Of a DNA stretch of 64,000 nt, positions 47,249 to 56,772 are shown one piece after another; the stretch's first letter is position 1; each line of letters begins with the position of its first letter. The position numbers were made by a program, and so were the translations under genes. This stretch comes from Kibdelosporangium banguiense (GTDB lineage: Bacteria; Actinomycetota; Actinomycetes; Mycobacteriales; Pseudonocardiaceae): NCBI RefSeq assembly GCF_017876405.1, contig NZ_JAGINW010000001.1, forward strand, positions 693,203 through 757,202, read 5' to 3'. The notes beneath the pieces are model-generated. The model was not told the DNA's origin and did not search any database. It was given only the letters and a program-made list of their open reading frames with translations.

Positions 47249-48661
47249 TTAACGGGTCAGCAGGGACAGCGCCTTCTCGATACCCGGGTCACGACCTGCG
47301 GACAAGGCGTCGGACGTCAGCGGGGCCACATGGTCCGGAGCGACCCCGACGGTGTTGATGACCTCTTTGTTCGCCCCGATCTCGTGCACCTTGGGCAGGC
47401 CGATGATGCTCGCGTCGTTGAGCAGGAACCCGCTGCCGGGGCCGGAGACCGCACCCGCGGTGCGTGTGCCGACGATTGCACCGAGCTTGAGGTCCTTCAC
47501 CGCGCTGCTGAAGGAGTCACACGCCGACGCGCAACTGCGGTCGGTGAGCACAATCAACGGCAGGTTCACCAGCTCAACCGTGTCGTCGGCCTTGTTCGGC
47601 TCGCACTTGTCCTTCACATCGCACCAGTAACTCGTGGCCTTGCTGCGTGTCCAGCCGCCGAGCAATCTGCTGACCTCCGTCGGCGAACCGCCGCCGTTGC
47701 CGCGCAGGTCCAGGACAACCCCACGCAACGTCCTGTCCTTACGCATGTCGGCGATCGCTTTGAGTACCGCGTCGGCGAAACCACCGGCGAAACCGGGCAT
47801 CTTGACGTACCCCACGTCGCCGGGCAGCAGATTCGACGTGACACCACGCGGTGGCAGTTGGAATCGGACCGGTGTGACATCGGCGGTGAAGGTCTCGTTG
47901 GTCGACGGCCTGCGGATGGTCATCTTCACCGGCTTGCCCTCCGGCCCCTCCAGCATCCACCGGGACACGGCTTGGTTGAGCACGCCGTCCACGATCACGG
48001 GGACATCCTTGACCGCGATGATCTCGTCGCCCAGCTTCATACCGGCGTTCGCGGCACCCCCGCCAGGCGCGATGTCGATGACGAAGATCGGCCCGGTGAC
48101 CGCCGGATCGAATCCGTCCGGCCGCTGCCCGGACACCCGGATACCGGTCGGGATGTTGCGTTGCTCCCCCGGCTGAGGCAGTGGCTGCCAGCGCGCGTGG
48201 TTGTCGTTCAGGCTGGCCACCATCGCCTTGAGGGTGGCCGCGGCGGCCGCCTGCCGGGCGGCGTCATCCGGGAGTTTGGCCGCGATCTGCGTGTAGACAC
48301 GGCTGAACGCGGCCCAGTCCGCGTCCTTGTGGCCTTTCAGCGCGGGCAGGGTGGCGTTCGCCTGGTCGAGTCCCCTGCGTTGCAACTCCTGGGTCAGTGC
48401 GGCGAATGCCGGTACCAACAGCTGACGGCTGTCCAGTACGGGACCGCTGAAGTAGTTGTCGAAGATGCAGTAGTACGCCTGGCCGATCGTGGTGACGGTC
48501 GTCGGCTTGATCGGCGGCGGCTGAGGCGGTGGCGTGGTGCACGCCGGTGGACGTGCTCCGGCCGCGTCACCGGACTCGGGCGCCGCGGCGCTGACATTGG
48601 TTACCCCTGCGAATGCGGACGTGACGAGTAAGGCCGCGACCGCGAACGATTTCCTGTTCAC
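47249..48661 (-). CDS. S41 family C-terminal processing peptidase with a PDZ domain
   Basis: The GTG at 48661 starts the signal peptide (VNRKSFAVAALLVTSAFA). The PDZ region reads GMKLGDEIIAVKDVPV. The S41 core reads VVLDLRGNGGGSPTEVSRLL and NLPLIVLTDRSCASACDSF. Confidence 0.75.
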   Translation of the reverse strand: MNRKSFAVAALLVTSAFAGVTNVSAAAPESGDAAGARPPACTTPPPQPPPIKPTTVTTIGQAYYCIFDNYFSGPVLDSRQLLVPAFAALTQELQRRGLDQANATLPALKGHKDADWAAFSRVYTQIAAKLPDDAARQAAAAATLKAMVASLNDNHARWQPLPQPGEQRNIPTGIRVSGQRPDGFDPAVTGPIFVIDIAPGGGAANAGMKLGDEIIAVKDVPVIVDGVLNQAVSRWMLEGPEGKPVKMTIRRPSTNETFTADVTPVRFQLPPRGVTSNLLPGDVGYVKMPGFAGGFADAVLKAIADMRKDRTLRGVVLDLRGNGGGSPTEVSRLLGGWTRSKATSYWCDVKDKCEPNKADDTVELVNLPLIVLTDRSCASACDSFSSAVKDLKLGAIVGTRTAGAVSGPGSGFLLNDASIIGLPKVHEIGANKEVINTVGVAPDHVAPLTSDALSAGRDPGIEKALSLLTR

Positions 48662-48721
48662 GCCGCCCACCTTGTCGGCGAGCACGTTTCCACGGTGCGA
48701 ACGACTTCGTTAACAGCGTCT

Positions 48722-50752
48722 TTACGGCCCTTCACGCAGGCCGAGTTTGGTCGTCAGCACTGGCGCCAGCGTCCGGACGTAGGAGTTGGTCAGGTGATTG
48801 TCCCGGTACACGACGACATTTCCGACGACCGCCGGGCAGATGTCCGCTGTGCACAGCGAATCCGTGAGATCGATCGTCTGGATTCCGGTCAGTCCTTGGG
48901 ATGCCTCGACCAATGGGTCGCGGTTGTCGCCCAGTGCAACGAACCTCTCAGTGTCGCATCCATTCCGATCGCGTTGCAGACAGCGAGGAGTGGGTGTCGC
49001 CGGGCGCGGTACTTCGCGGATGACCGCCACCGGGATCTGCGCGGCGGACAGTTGCTGCAGCAGGACGCGGTAGCCCTCAACGAGTTGTTGGGGCGACTCC
49101 CAGGTCCACTTGAGGTCCTTTTTGTACGAAGCCTGCGACATCGCTGCGGTGACGACCAAGTTGGGCTTCATCTGCAGGATCGCGGCCAGTTCCTTCTGGT
49201 TCTGGTCCGAGCATTCCCGCAGGAGAACGGCTCCGTTGTGCGGCGGCGTGGCACTGAACGGGCATCCGTTGCGTACCATGACCTTCAGCCGCCAGGTGGT
49301 GTTCTTCTTGACGAAGTCGATCAGTGCGGAGCTGTACTGGGCGGCGTGTGAATCGCCGACCAGCACCATCAGCTTGGGCGCAGCCGGATCACCGAAAGAA
49401 CACGCCGGGTCGGACGGCGGTTCTTTCGTGATGTCGTAGCTGTTACAGCTATCGTGCTCGGCGAACGGGCCGTCCTTGTCGGCGACGGCCGGGTCCGGGA
49501 CCAATGCAACCCCTGGCGGCACCGGCTTCGGGTTGACAGGATCGAGCGCCAGGGCTCCGGGATAGTTGTCGACCAACGCGGACTGCCGCTTGAGCGCGTC
49601 CAGACGGGCTTGCGCGATCAAGCCGGGAATCATCGCGGCGGTCACAGTGATGGCAACGAGCGTCGCACCGAGTGTGTACGCGAACTTCCGGCGTTTGCGG
49701 AACGGGTCCTCGATCAGGTGCTTCGACAGGGCCGCCAGGAGCAGACTGAGCCCGATCGCGAGAAAAACGTTGTCATTGGTCAGCTTGTCGTCGCCTGTGA
49801 CGTCCAGGATCACAACGATGACCGGCCAGTGCCACAGGTAAAGGCTGTACGAGATGTCGCCGATGTAACGGAGTGGTTGCCGTCCTAACAGGAACGCCGT
49901 TTCGTATCGGGCCGGTTCGGTCGTTGCTCCGGCTGTCAGCAACGTGACTGTGCCCAGCGTTGGCAGCAAAGCGATGTAACCCGGGAAGGCCATACTTGTG
50001 GTCAGCACGAACGCGCTGACGATCACCGCGGCGAAGCCTGCCCAGCCCAGGATCAGCCTTGTCGCTTTTCCGAAGTCGATTCTGTGGATCGCGGCCAGGC
50101 CGCCCAGGCCTAGCTCCCACATGCGCGTCGGCGTGATGAAGTACGCCTCGCCGTGCTGCATGTAGCTGTAGACAACCGAGAAGGCGAACGATGCCAGGAC
50201 TACTGTGACGAAGGCGTACCTGATCTTGCGGCCGGCGAGCAGGACGAGCGGGATGATCAGGTAGAACTGCTCTTCGACGCTCAACGACCAGAAGTGCTGC
50301 ACTGGGGAGACGTTGGCGGTGGCGTGGCCGTAGTCGCCGGACAGAACAGCGAGTGCCCAATTCTGAACATTGAATGCAGAACTCAGAATTTCGCGCATGA
50401 CGTCCGGCCACCGCGAGAACGGCATGAGAAGCACCGTGGCCGCGACCGTCGCCAGCAACACCACAGTCGCGGCGGGCAACAGACGGCGGATCCGGCGGGC
50501 GTAGAAGTCCTTCAGTCCAATGCGGCCGGTCCGTCCCAGCTCACCGGTCAGCGTCCCGATGATCAAGAACCCGGAGATGACAAAGAAAACGTCGACACCG
50601 ACAAACCCGCCCGGTAACCACTCCGGTCTCAGGTGGTAGACGACCACAAGGCCGACCGCCAACGCACGCAGCCCCTGAATGTCCCGCCGTTGCGGCCGTT
50701 TCTCCGCCGGGACGACAACCGCAGGCATCACCGGCGCAGCAGTCGCCGTCAT
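48722..50752 (-). CDS. acyltransferase-3 family membrane protein with a C-terminal SGNH hydrolase domain (OatA-like O-acetyltransferase)
   Basis: The N-terminus reads DIQGLRALAVGLVVVYHL with multiple TM helices. The C-terminus has LVGDSHAAQ (SGNH block I). The protein is 676 aa. Confidence 0.8.
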   Translation of the reverse strand: MTATAAPVMPAVVVPAEKRPQRRDIQGLRALAVGLVVVYHLRPEWLPGGFVGVDVFFVISGFLIIGTLTGELGRTGRIGLKDFYARRIRRLLPAATVVLLATVAATVLLMPFSRWPDVMREILSSAFNVQNWALAVLSGDYGHATANVSPVQHFWSLSVEEQFYLIIPLVLLAGRKIRYAFVTVVLASFAFSVVYSYMQHGEAYFITPTRMWELGLGGLAAIHRIDFGKATRLILGWAGFAAVIVSAFVLTTSMAFPGYIALLPTLGTVTLLTAGATTEPARYETAFLLGRQPLRYIGDISYSLYLWHWPVIVVILDVTGDDKLTNDNVFLAIGLSLLLAALSKHLIEDPFRKRRKFAYTLGATLVAITVTAAMIPGLIAQARLDALKRQSALVDNYPGALALDPVNPKPVPPGVALVPDPAVADKDGPFAEHDSCNSYDITKEPPSDPACSFGDPAAPKLMVLVGDSHAAQYSSALIDFVKKNTTWRLKVMVRNGCPFSATPPHNGAVLLRECSDQNQKELAAILQMKPNLVVTAAMSQASYKKDLKWTWESPQQLVEGYRVLLQQLSAAQIPVAVIREVPRPATPTPRCLQRDRNGCDTERFVALGDNRDPLVEASQGLTGIQTIDLTDSLCTADICPAVVGNVVVYRDNHLTNSYVRTLAPVLTTKLGLREGP

Positions 50753-51510
50753 CCCAGTTCCCTTCGACCCGCGCCGTAGGAAAACCAGACGCCCCCGCGG
50801 GTCAGGTTCTTCTCGCCGGAGATTACATGGCCGGTGTCAGCCGCCACAGCCGCCGTTACTGTCCCGGGCGTGTGACTTGCGCTGCTTCGACCGGGTGAAG
50901 AGTCCGATTCAGACGCCCTTCCGTCCAAAGTTGATCATGCTGAATGCCCTGGTCGGCGGATAGGCCTTCGTACGAATGGCGCCAGTCGCAAATCTGGTTG
51001 TCCACAGGCGACTCCGCCCCGTGTTTTCCCCTCCCCACCCCGATAGACTGGAGCAGGGCCGCCCCCCGGGATGGGGTGGGGGATGCTCTGGGGTTGGCGA
51101 TTTTCCCAGTTTTGATTGGGCGCTGGTGATTGTGGGTCCTTTTCTGTTGAGAGATTGTGCCCTGCCGGGCGGGCAAACCTCCCTCGGATGAGGACGGAAG
51201 GGCGGTTCGTGCCCTCCCCCTCGGTCGGCTTGCCCAAGGGTGACCACACGAGCCCAGGACACCGCTGGCTTTCGTTCGCCGGCGCTCTCTTTGTTGACGC
51301 TTTTCACTGAGAGGCGGCTTTTGGTTTGAGGTTGGGTTTCGTTGCGGCGCGCCGGGCTTGGGTTACTCGCCGCACTCCAGCAACCGCGCCAGCTTTCCGA
51401 CCGGCGCCACGGATCGGGCCCGTCGGACCTTCAGTTCGGTAGTCGGTGCTGGGCTTGTTTGGGGTCTGCCGCGGCTCTTCGGGGCTGGTGGCGTATTTGG
51501 GTGCGTGCGG

Positions 51511-53355
51511 TCATGGTTCGAGGCCTTGGAGGCGGAGGTAGGCGAGCAGGGGTTGGGAGTGGCTGTGGAGGTTGGCGATTGGGTGGGCCTGCATGGCTAC
51601 ACCGAGGTCTGGCATGGCCCATGTTTGGCCGGGACGGGGGTCTTCGGGCGGCAGATAGGCGTCTGGGCCGGAGAGGGTGCCTGACCAGATTTCTGGGTAG
51701 GCCGCTGTGTGTGCTGCCAGGGTCATGCGTTGCCATTCGTTCCAGGCCAGGTCTGGGTCGTACTTTGCCGCTGCCCAGATGAGGGTCATGTTTATGGAGA
51801 ACCAGATTGGGCCGTTCGGGGGCCGGACTCTGGCTCCCAGGGGTGAGTCTGTGCGGCAGAGTTCGTCGATTGTGCCGAGTAGGGCGCGGGATTGGGTTGG
51901 GGTTGCTGCGCCGCTGAGGATTGCCCACGGTTGGACTTCGAGCCAGAGGGTGTCGTCTCCCACTACGTTGCCTGGGGCGTGGGCGCGGCGGAACCAGCGG
52001 CCGTTCCATTCGGCGGCGACGCGGGTGCGGAGGTCGGAGGCGAGGGAACGGGCCTCGGAGGCGGTTGTCTCGTCGCCCAGGCGGGAGGCGAGGGTGGCGT
52101 AGACCGGGAGGACCCAGGCTGCCATTGCCGAGTTCAACACCGAGGAACCGCGCGAGATCATCACGTCACGGTCTACTCCGGACTCTGTTATCGCGAGGTC
52201 GTTCCAGTCGGCGTTGAGGATTCGGACGTGTCCGCCCTCCCCCAGGCCTATTTCGTCGACGAAGAAGCGGAACTGGCGACGGAGGTTCTCCTGCAATGGA
52301 ACCGGTTCGGCGTTATGGATCGGGTGATATGGGACTGGCACGGTGAAGGACTCGTAGTCGTTGGTTGCTGAGGCGTACTCGGCGGCCAGCCATAGGGCCC
52401 ATAGGTTCTGGTCTGAAGGGCGGAACAGGGAAGTCCACGGTTGTTTGCGGCCATCCAGGGCGTAAGGCAGGTCGCCGTCGGGGCTGCCCCATGCGCATGT
52501 GTTGCGGAGCACGGACAACGCCAAGTCCGGTTCGATGTAGACGAGTGGGAGCGCATGCTGAAGGGGGTCACGGGCCGCCCCATTGAATCCGTGCCGGAAT
52601 GAGTAGGCCGAGCCCTGGTTGAGGGTGTGGCCGCCCAAGACTCCGTCGGCGCAGGCTCCTCCGGTGAGCAAAGCCACGTGCCATTGGAGTTCTGCGGGCC
52701 AGGCTGGGAGGCGCTCCTGGAGGGAGGCGAGGCTTGCGGCATAGATCGAGGGATCTGCCGGGCCGTCGTCGAGGCCGAAACGGAACCACACGGTGTGTGA
52801 TCCAGGCGGGAGAGGAACCTCTGTCTTCAGCGGGCCCGAGGTAGCCGACACAAGCGAGCCGCCGAGGTGTTCGAGCATTACCTGCGGAGTCTCCAAGGGC
52901 TCTGTGTCCCATGGGGCGGGGAACTCCAGATTGACCAGCCGTGGACTGACCTCCCACTCTTCGCTCAGCGTGACCGGCTCCGCGGTCTGGACGTCCACAC
53001 GGATCAGAACCCATGGAGACTCGCCTTCTGGGCACAGGACCGTGCGCACGACGCCAGGGCCGGACACTCGGGAGTAAGTGGGGCCGAACAGGGGTGGGCC
53101 CGTCAAAGGCTGATCGTTCAGGCGACTGATGCCAGTGTGGGAAGCGAGCCACAGACACGCTGTGTGCTCGTCCCAGATGCTGCTGAGGCCGTCGGTGCCG
53201 GCGACCAGGGTGATGCGGCGGTTGCCCAGGTGCACCCAATGTGTGGTCGACGGCGGGTCGAGCATCGGGTCCCAGGCGATCTCCACCGCCCCGCACTGGA
53301 ACGCGGGCAGGCCGTCAACTGTTGTCCATTCCCCAAACCGGCTCACATCAAGCAA
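51511..53355 (-). CDS. glycoside hydrolase-like protein of the (alpha/alpha)6 six-hairpin superfamily (family uncertain)
   Basis: The 614-aa ORF has no signal peptide. Its Trp- and acid-rich patterns resemble GH65/GH94/GH15-type enzymes. The assignment is tentative. Confidence 0.5.
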   Translation of the reverse strand: MLDVSRFGEWTTVDGLPAFQCGAVEIAWDPMLDPPSTTHWVHLGNRRITLVAGTDGLSSIWDEHTACLWLASHTGISRLNDQPLTGPPLFGPTYSRVSGPGVVRTVLCPEGESPWVLIRVDVQTAEPVTLSEEWEVSPRLVNLEFPAPWDTEPLETPQVMLEHLGGSLVSATSGPLKTEVPLPPGSHTVWFRFGLDDGPADPSIYAASLASLQERLPAWPAELQWHVALLTGGACADGVLGGHTLNQGSAYSFRHGFNGAARDPLQHALPLVYIEPDLALSVLRNTCAWGSPDGDLPYALDGRKQPWTSLFRPSDQNLWALWLAAEYASATNDYESFTVPVPYHPIHNAEPVPLQENLRRQFRFFVDEIGLGEGGHVRILNADWNDLAITESGVDRDVMISRGSSVLNSAMAAWVLPVYATLASRLGDETTASEARSLASDLRTRVAAEWNGRWFRRAHAPGNVVGDDTLWLEVQPWAILSGAATPTQSRALLGTIDELCRTDSPLGARVRPPNGPIWFSINMTLIWAAAKYDPDLAWNEWQRMTLAAHTAAYPEIWSGTLSGPDAYLPPEDPRPGQTWAMPDLGVAMQAHPIANLHSHSQPLLAYLRLQGLEP

Positions 53356-53393
53356 GATACGGGTGATTCTCGGCGTACCAAGGAGACGAGATC

Positions 53394-54881
53394 ATGCGAC
53401 GCACCGTTTTCGCCCTGGCCGTACTCCTGCTGAACTGCATTACGCCGATTGCCCAGGCCGCACCGGCCGAATGCCCGACTGTGGTCGACGAGAACGCGTT
53501 CGCCAGCCAGGCCGAGCTACAGCGGATGAACGCGACCATCGCCGGGTTCGGGCTGCGGACCACTGCGAGTGCCGCGCACCGCGGCCTGATCAACTGGCTG
53601 GAGCGCAATGTCGAACGAGTTCCGGGTATCCGAGTCTCGTCGCGGAGTTTCCAGATCCGGCGGTGGCAGCCGTTGGCCGGTGATCTCACCGCCGCGGGTC
53701 ACCTTTTTGCCGCACATCAACGGATCAAGGTAGCCGGTGCGATCCCTTACACCCTGCCGACCTTGGGCAGTGACGGCCAATTGGTGTATCTGCCCTCGGC
53801 TGAACCGATCACCGCCGCCAACTCGGCCGGAAAGGTCGTACTACGCGACTTCCCGGCTGTGGACCGCGGTTACACGGCCGAGCCGCTGCTCAACAAGGAT
53901 CTCATCGACGCGGGCAAAGCAGGCGCCGCGGGAATCATCATCGCGTTCGATTTCCCGCGTGAACAGGTAAAGGGCTACTACGACCCGCACACCGGAACGC
54001 ATTACGGCGTTCCCGGAGTCTTCGTCGGTGTCGACGAAGCCGTACGGCTCAAGCAACTTGTGGGATCGAAGGCGAGTATTTCGGTTCTGGCGCACACAGA
54101 CCAGGCGAGCACACGATCACTGATCGCCACTCTTGCGGGTCAGAGCGAAGAACGGATCGTGTTCGACACGAACACCGACGGCAACACCTGGGTTCAGGAG
54201 AACGGCAACGCGGGAATGCTCGCGCTGGCCCGCTATTTCGCCAAGCTGCCCTTGAGCTGCCGGCCGCGGACCGTCGAATTCGTCTTCGCCACCGGGCATC
54301 TGCACCGGCCCGCCGAAGGGACCGAGTTCCACGCCCGCGAGCTGGACGACCAGTACGACTCGGGCACGGTCGCGTACGCGTTCGCCCTCGAACACCTGGG
54401 TACCCGTGAATATCTCCCTGTGCCAAGGGAAAACGGTCCGGGACGAGTGCTGCAGGCCTCCGGTTCGGCCGAATTCACCGGCTGGTTCGCGGGCACCACG
54501 AAGCTCGCGGAGGCCGCGACCGCGGCTGTCACCCGGCATGGCTTGGACCGGGTTGCTGTGCTGCCGGGAATCGACCCGCCCGATCCGGCCCGGGTGCCAC
54601 CGCAGTGTTCGTTCGGTGGGCTGGGTACCCATTTCCAGAGCCATCTGATTCCCAGCATGGCCGTGATCTCCGGGCCTTGGTCGTTGTGGGCGCCGTCGTT
54701 CGGCCGGGACGCCATCGACTTTGCCCGGATGCGTAAGCAGGTTCTGGCCGCGGGGGACACAGTCCTGGCTCTTGCAAACGTTCCTCGCGAACAGATCGCG
54801 GGCCCGTACATCGCCTACCGTCAGGCACGGGCCGCGGGCACGCCGACCTGCTCACACGACCTCCCACCCGAGAGCAGCTGA
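53394..54881 (+). CDS. secreted hypothetical protein (possible PA-domain / peptidase-like)
   Basis: There is a signal peptide (MRRTVFALAVLLLNCITPIAQA). A PA-like segment reads VVLRDFPAVDRGYTAEPLLNKDLIDAGKAGAAGIIIAF. Confidence 0.5.
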   Translation: MRRTVFALAVLLLNCITPIAQAAPAECPTVVDENAFASQAELQRMNATIAGFGLRTTASAAHRGLINWLERNVERVPGIRVSSRSFQIRRWQPLAGDLTAAGHLFAAHQRIKVAGAIPYTLPTLGSDGQLVYLPSAEPITAANSAGKVVLRDFPAVDRGYTAEPLLNKDLIDAGKAGAAGIIIAFDFPREQVKGYYDPHTGTHYGVPGVFVGVDEAVRLKQLVGSKASISVLAHTDQASTRSLIATLAGQSEERIVFDTNTDGNTWVQENGNAGMLALARYFAKLPLSCRPRTVEFVFATGHLHRPAEGTEFHARELDDQYDSGTVAYAFALEHLGTREYLPVPRENGPGRVLQASGSAEFTGWFAGTTKLAEAATAAVTRHGLDRVAVLPGIDPPDPARVPPQCSFGGLGTHFQSHLIPSMAVISGPWSLWAPSFGRDAIDFARMRKQVLAAGDTVLALANVPREQIAGPYIAYRQARAAGTPTCSHDLPPESS

Positions 54882-54897
54882 CGGATTGCCGCCGCGT

Positions 54898-54927
54898 CAA
54901 CCAGTTGACGCGGCGGCAATCAAGACC
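54898..54927 (+). terminator. perfect palindrome terminator (gccgccgcgtcaac-cag-ttgacgcggcggc)
   Basis: A 14-bp perfect stem lies immediately after the stop of 53394..54881. Confidence 0.55.
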
Positions 54928-54944
54928 CGATCAAGGGAGCCGGC

Positions 54945-55730
54945 CTACCTTGTCGACGACCGCGGTGCGCTGGACCGCGGCGTTGAAGGACAACTTGTGC
55001 TGGTCGACCGGGCCGGCGATGGGCTCACCAAGGAAGCGGTGGGTTGTCCTGTCGAAGAGCAATTCGACAAGGCCGACGCGGGGGTCGTGGATACCCACCA
55101 CGACACCGCTTCTTCCCAAGCGCGTCGGTCGCGGAGTCGATTGTGACCAGACCGTTCAGTGATGCCGCCGCACGGTACAGCGCGGCCTGCTGGGCAGCGG
55201 GTGCCTTTTCGACGATGTTCCGGATGAGTCCCCAGACCGCGACCTCGCGGCTGACCTTGTTCCCCCCTGGCGTCGGTCGGCAAGCCGAGTTCGATGCGTA
55301 CCTGAGGATCCTCGTTGAGGATCGCGAGCAGGGCAGCCGGATCGGTGGGCAGAGTCGCGAGCTTCAGGTAGGGAGCGTTGGTGAGGCTGTCGCCGTCGAG
55401 GCAGGGCGGGATTGAGTCCACAGTGGATTTCCCTGGATCTTTGCCCTGGACCGGACTGTGCCGGTGTGCTGATCCGGACCTCGCCCGCCCGGGTCCCGTC
55501 CGCCGACTCCCAGGTCTGCACCAGGGTCTGCTCGCCATTGCCACCAGGAACGTCTCCGCAGCGAGATCGTCGGCGAGCATCGTGCCGATCCGCCGGGACA
55601 AATACCTGTGCACCGCAGCGGCATGGCGGTCGTAGATCTCCCCGAACCGCCGAGGGTCGGCCAGTGACTCCCGAATGGTCTCCGCATCGGCTTCCTGCTG
55701 CGAAACCCGGGCCAATTCGGCCGTCACCAC
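54945..55730 (-). pseudogene. decayed ECF sigma factor plus downstream anti-sigma-like (CU044_5270-type) gene, broken by multiple frameshifts
   Basis: The first ~68 codons read as sigma region 2 (FGEIYDRHAAAVHRYLSRRIGTMLADDLAAETFLVAMASR). The frame then degenerates. Protein-like segments reappear in other frames: SLTNAPYLKLATLPTDPAALLAILNED, then VAVWGLIRNIVEKAPAAQQAALYRAAASLNGLVTIDSATDALGKKR, then GVVVGIHDPRVGLVELLFDRTTHRFLGEPIAGPVDQHKLSFNAAVQRTAVVDKVG. Confidence 0.6.
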
Positions 55731-55848
55731 CGTTACCCATCGTCTGTGTACCGATAGTCATGGTCGCTCCTCGAACTCGTTGCTCTCACCCAGTCATTGC
55801 CATGACCACGGCAACGAGTTCGCTCACCACGCGCACTTTCTTGCCCCG

Positions 55849-56727
55849 CTAAAGCCCCACCGCGGCGACGAGTTGCGTGAGCGCGGGGCCCAATGGCAGG
55901 TCGACCCGGACGGCCGCGTACTGGTCGCCTCGGGTCTGGCCCTGGTTGACGATGTAGACCGGTTTCCCGGTTTTCCCGACGTGCCGCACGAATCTCAGGC
56001 CTGACATGACTGTCAGCGACGATCCGAGCACCAGCAGGGCGTTCGCCTCGTCGATCAGCCGGTAGCACTCGTCGACGCGGGGCCTGGGCACGTTCTCGCC
56101 GAAGAAGACCACGTCCGGCTTGAGCACTCCCCGGTCGCAGTCCAGGCAGTCCACGAGGTTGAACCCGGCTACGAGCGAGTCGGCGAGTTCCACGTCACCG
56201 TCCGGGTTGATCCTGGTCGCCGTGCCCTCGAACGCCGGGTTCGCCGCCGTGAGCCTGCGGTCCAGCTCGATTCTGGGGGTGGTCCGCTTGCAGGCCAGGC
56301 AGATCACGCGATCCAGGCTGCCGTGCAGCTCCACCACTTGCGGTGTGCCCGCTGCCTGATGCAGCCCGTCGACGTTCTGCGTGATCACTCCGGACAGGAA
56401 TCCGTTGGCACGCAACGCCGCCACGGCGTGGTGGCCGGCATTCGGGTCCGCACGGGCGATCGTGCGCCAGCCGAGATGGCTGCGCGCCCAGTAGCGGCGC
56501 CGTCCGTCCACACTGGAGACGAACTCGTCGTACGTCATCGGGGTGTGTCTGCGCAGACTGCCGGTGGCGCCCCGATAGTCGGGTATGCCCGATTCAGTGG
56601 ACAGTCCTGCTCCGCTCAGCACGACCACGTTCCGGCCTGCGACTGCTTCGATCACTTCGTCCAGGCTGGTCGCGGGCTCGGTGACCGGGCCACTGGCCGT
56701 CCAGCTCAATGTCGGCCTGATCCGCAC
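55849..56727 (-). CDS. NAD-dependent protein deacylase, Sir2 family (CobB-like sirtuin)
   Basis: ORF 55849..58386, trimmed to the GTG at 56727. The NAD-binding motif is GAGLSTESGIPDYRG. There is a Zn-ribbon Cys pair (CLACKR...CLDCDRG), then ITQNVDGLH. Confidence 0.8.
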   Translation of the reverse strand: MRIRPTLSWTASGPVTEPATSLDEVIEAVAGRNVVVLSGAGLSTESGIPDYRGATGSLRRHTPMTYDEFVSSVDGRRRYWARSHLGWRTIARADPNAGHHAVAALRANGFLSGVITQNVDGLHQAAGTPQVVELHGSLDRVICLACKRTTPRIELDRRLTAANPAFEGTATRINPDGDVELADSLVAGFNLVDCLDCDRGVLKPDVVFFGENVPRPRVDECYRLIDEANALLVLGSSLTVMSGLRFVRHVGKTGKPVYIVNQGQTRGDQYAAVRVDLPLGPALTQLVAAVGL

Positions 56728-56772
56728 ACCGATGAGTCTACGTGGCCCGTGACCTGGTTCGATGAGCTCAAG

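Noticed and set aside
51470-51545. tRNA-like GGTTCGAGGCC segment
   Set aside because: A T-arm-like motif is present, but no acceptor stem, D-arm or anticodon arm can be built around it. It also lies within coding sequence of the glycosidase gene.
51431-52009. Pro/Arg-rich ORFs spanning the 50.8-51.5 kb intergenic island into the glycosidase gene
   Set aside because: Their composition is low complexity and they overlap the 3' end of the 614-aa glycosidase-like gene. I treat the region as non-coding.
55849-56727. Sir2-domain protein as a defence (Thoeris/DSR-like) effector
   Set aside because: It has the complete canonical sirtuin deacylase motifs, including the zinc-ribbon cysteines and the GAGxSxxSGIPDYR motif. 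It is about 290 aa with no extra domains, and it sits next to a transporter and a Usp gene. This fits a housekeeping CobB-type deacylase.
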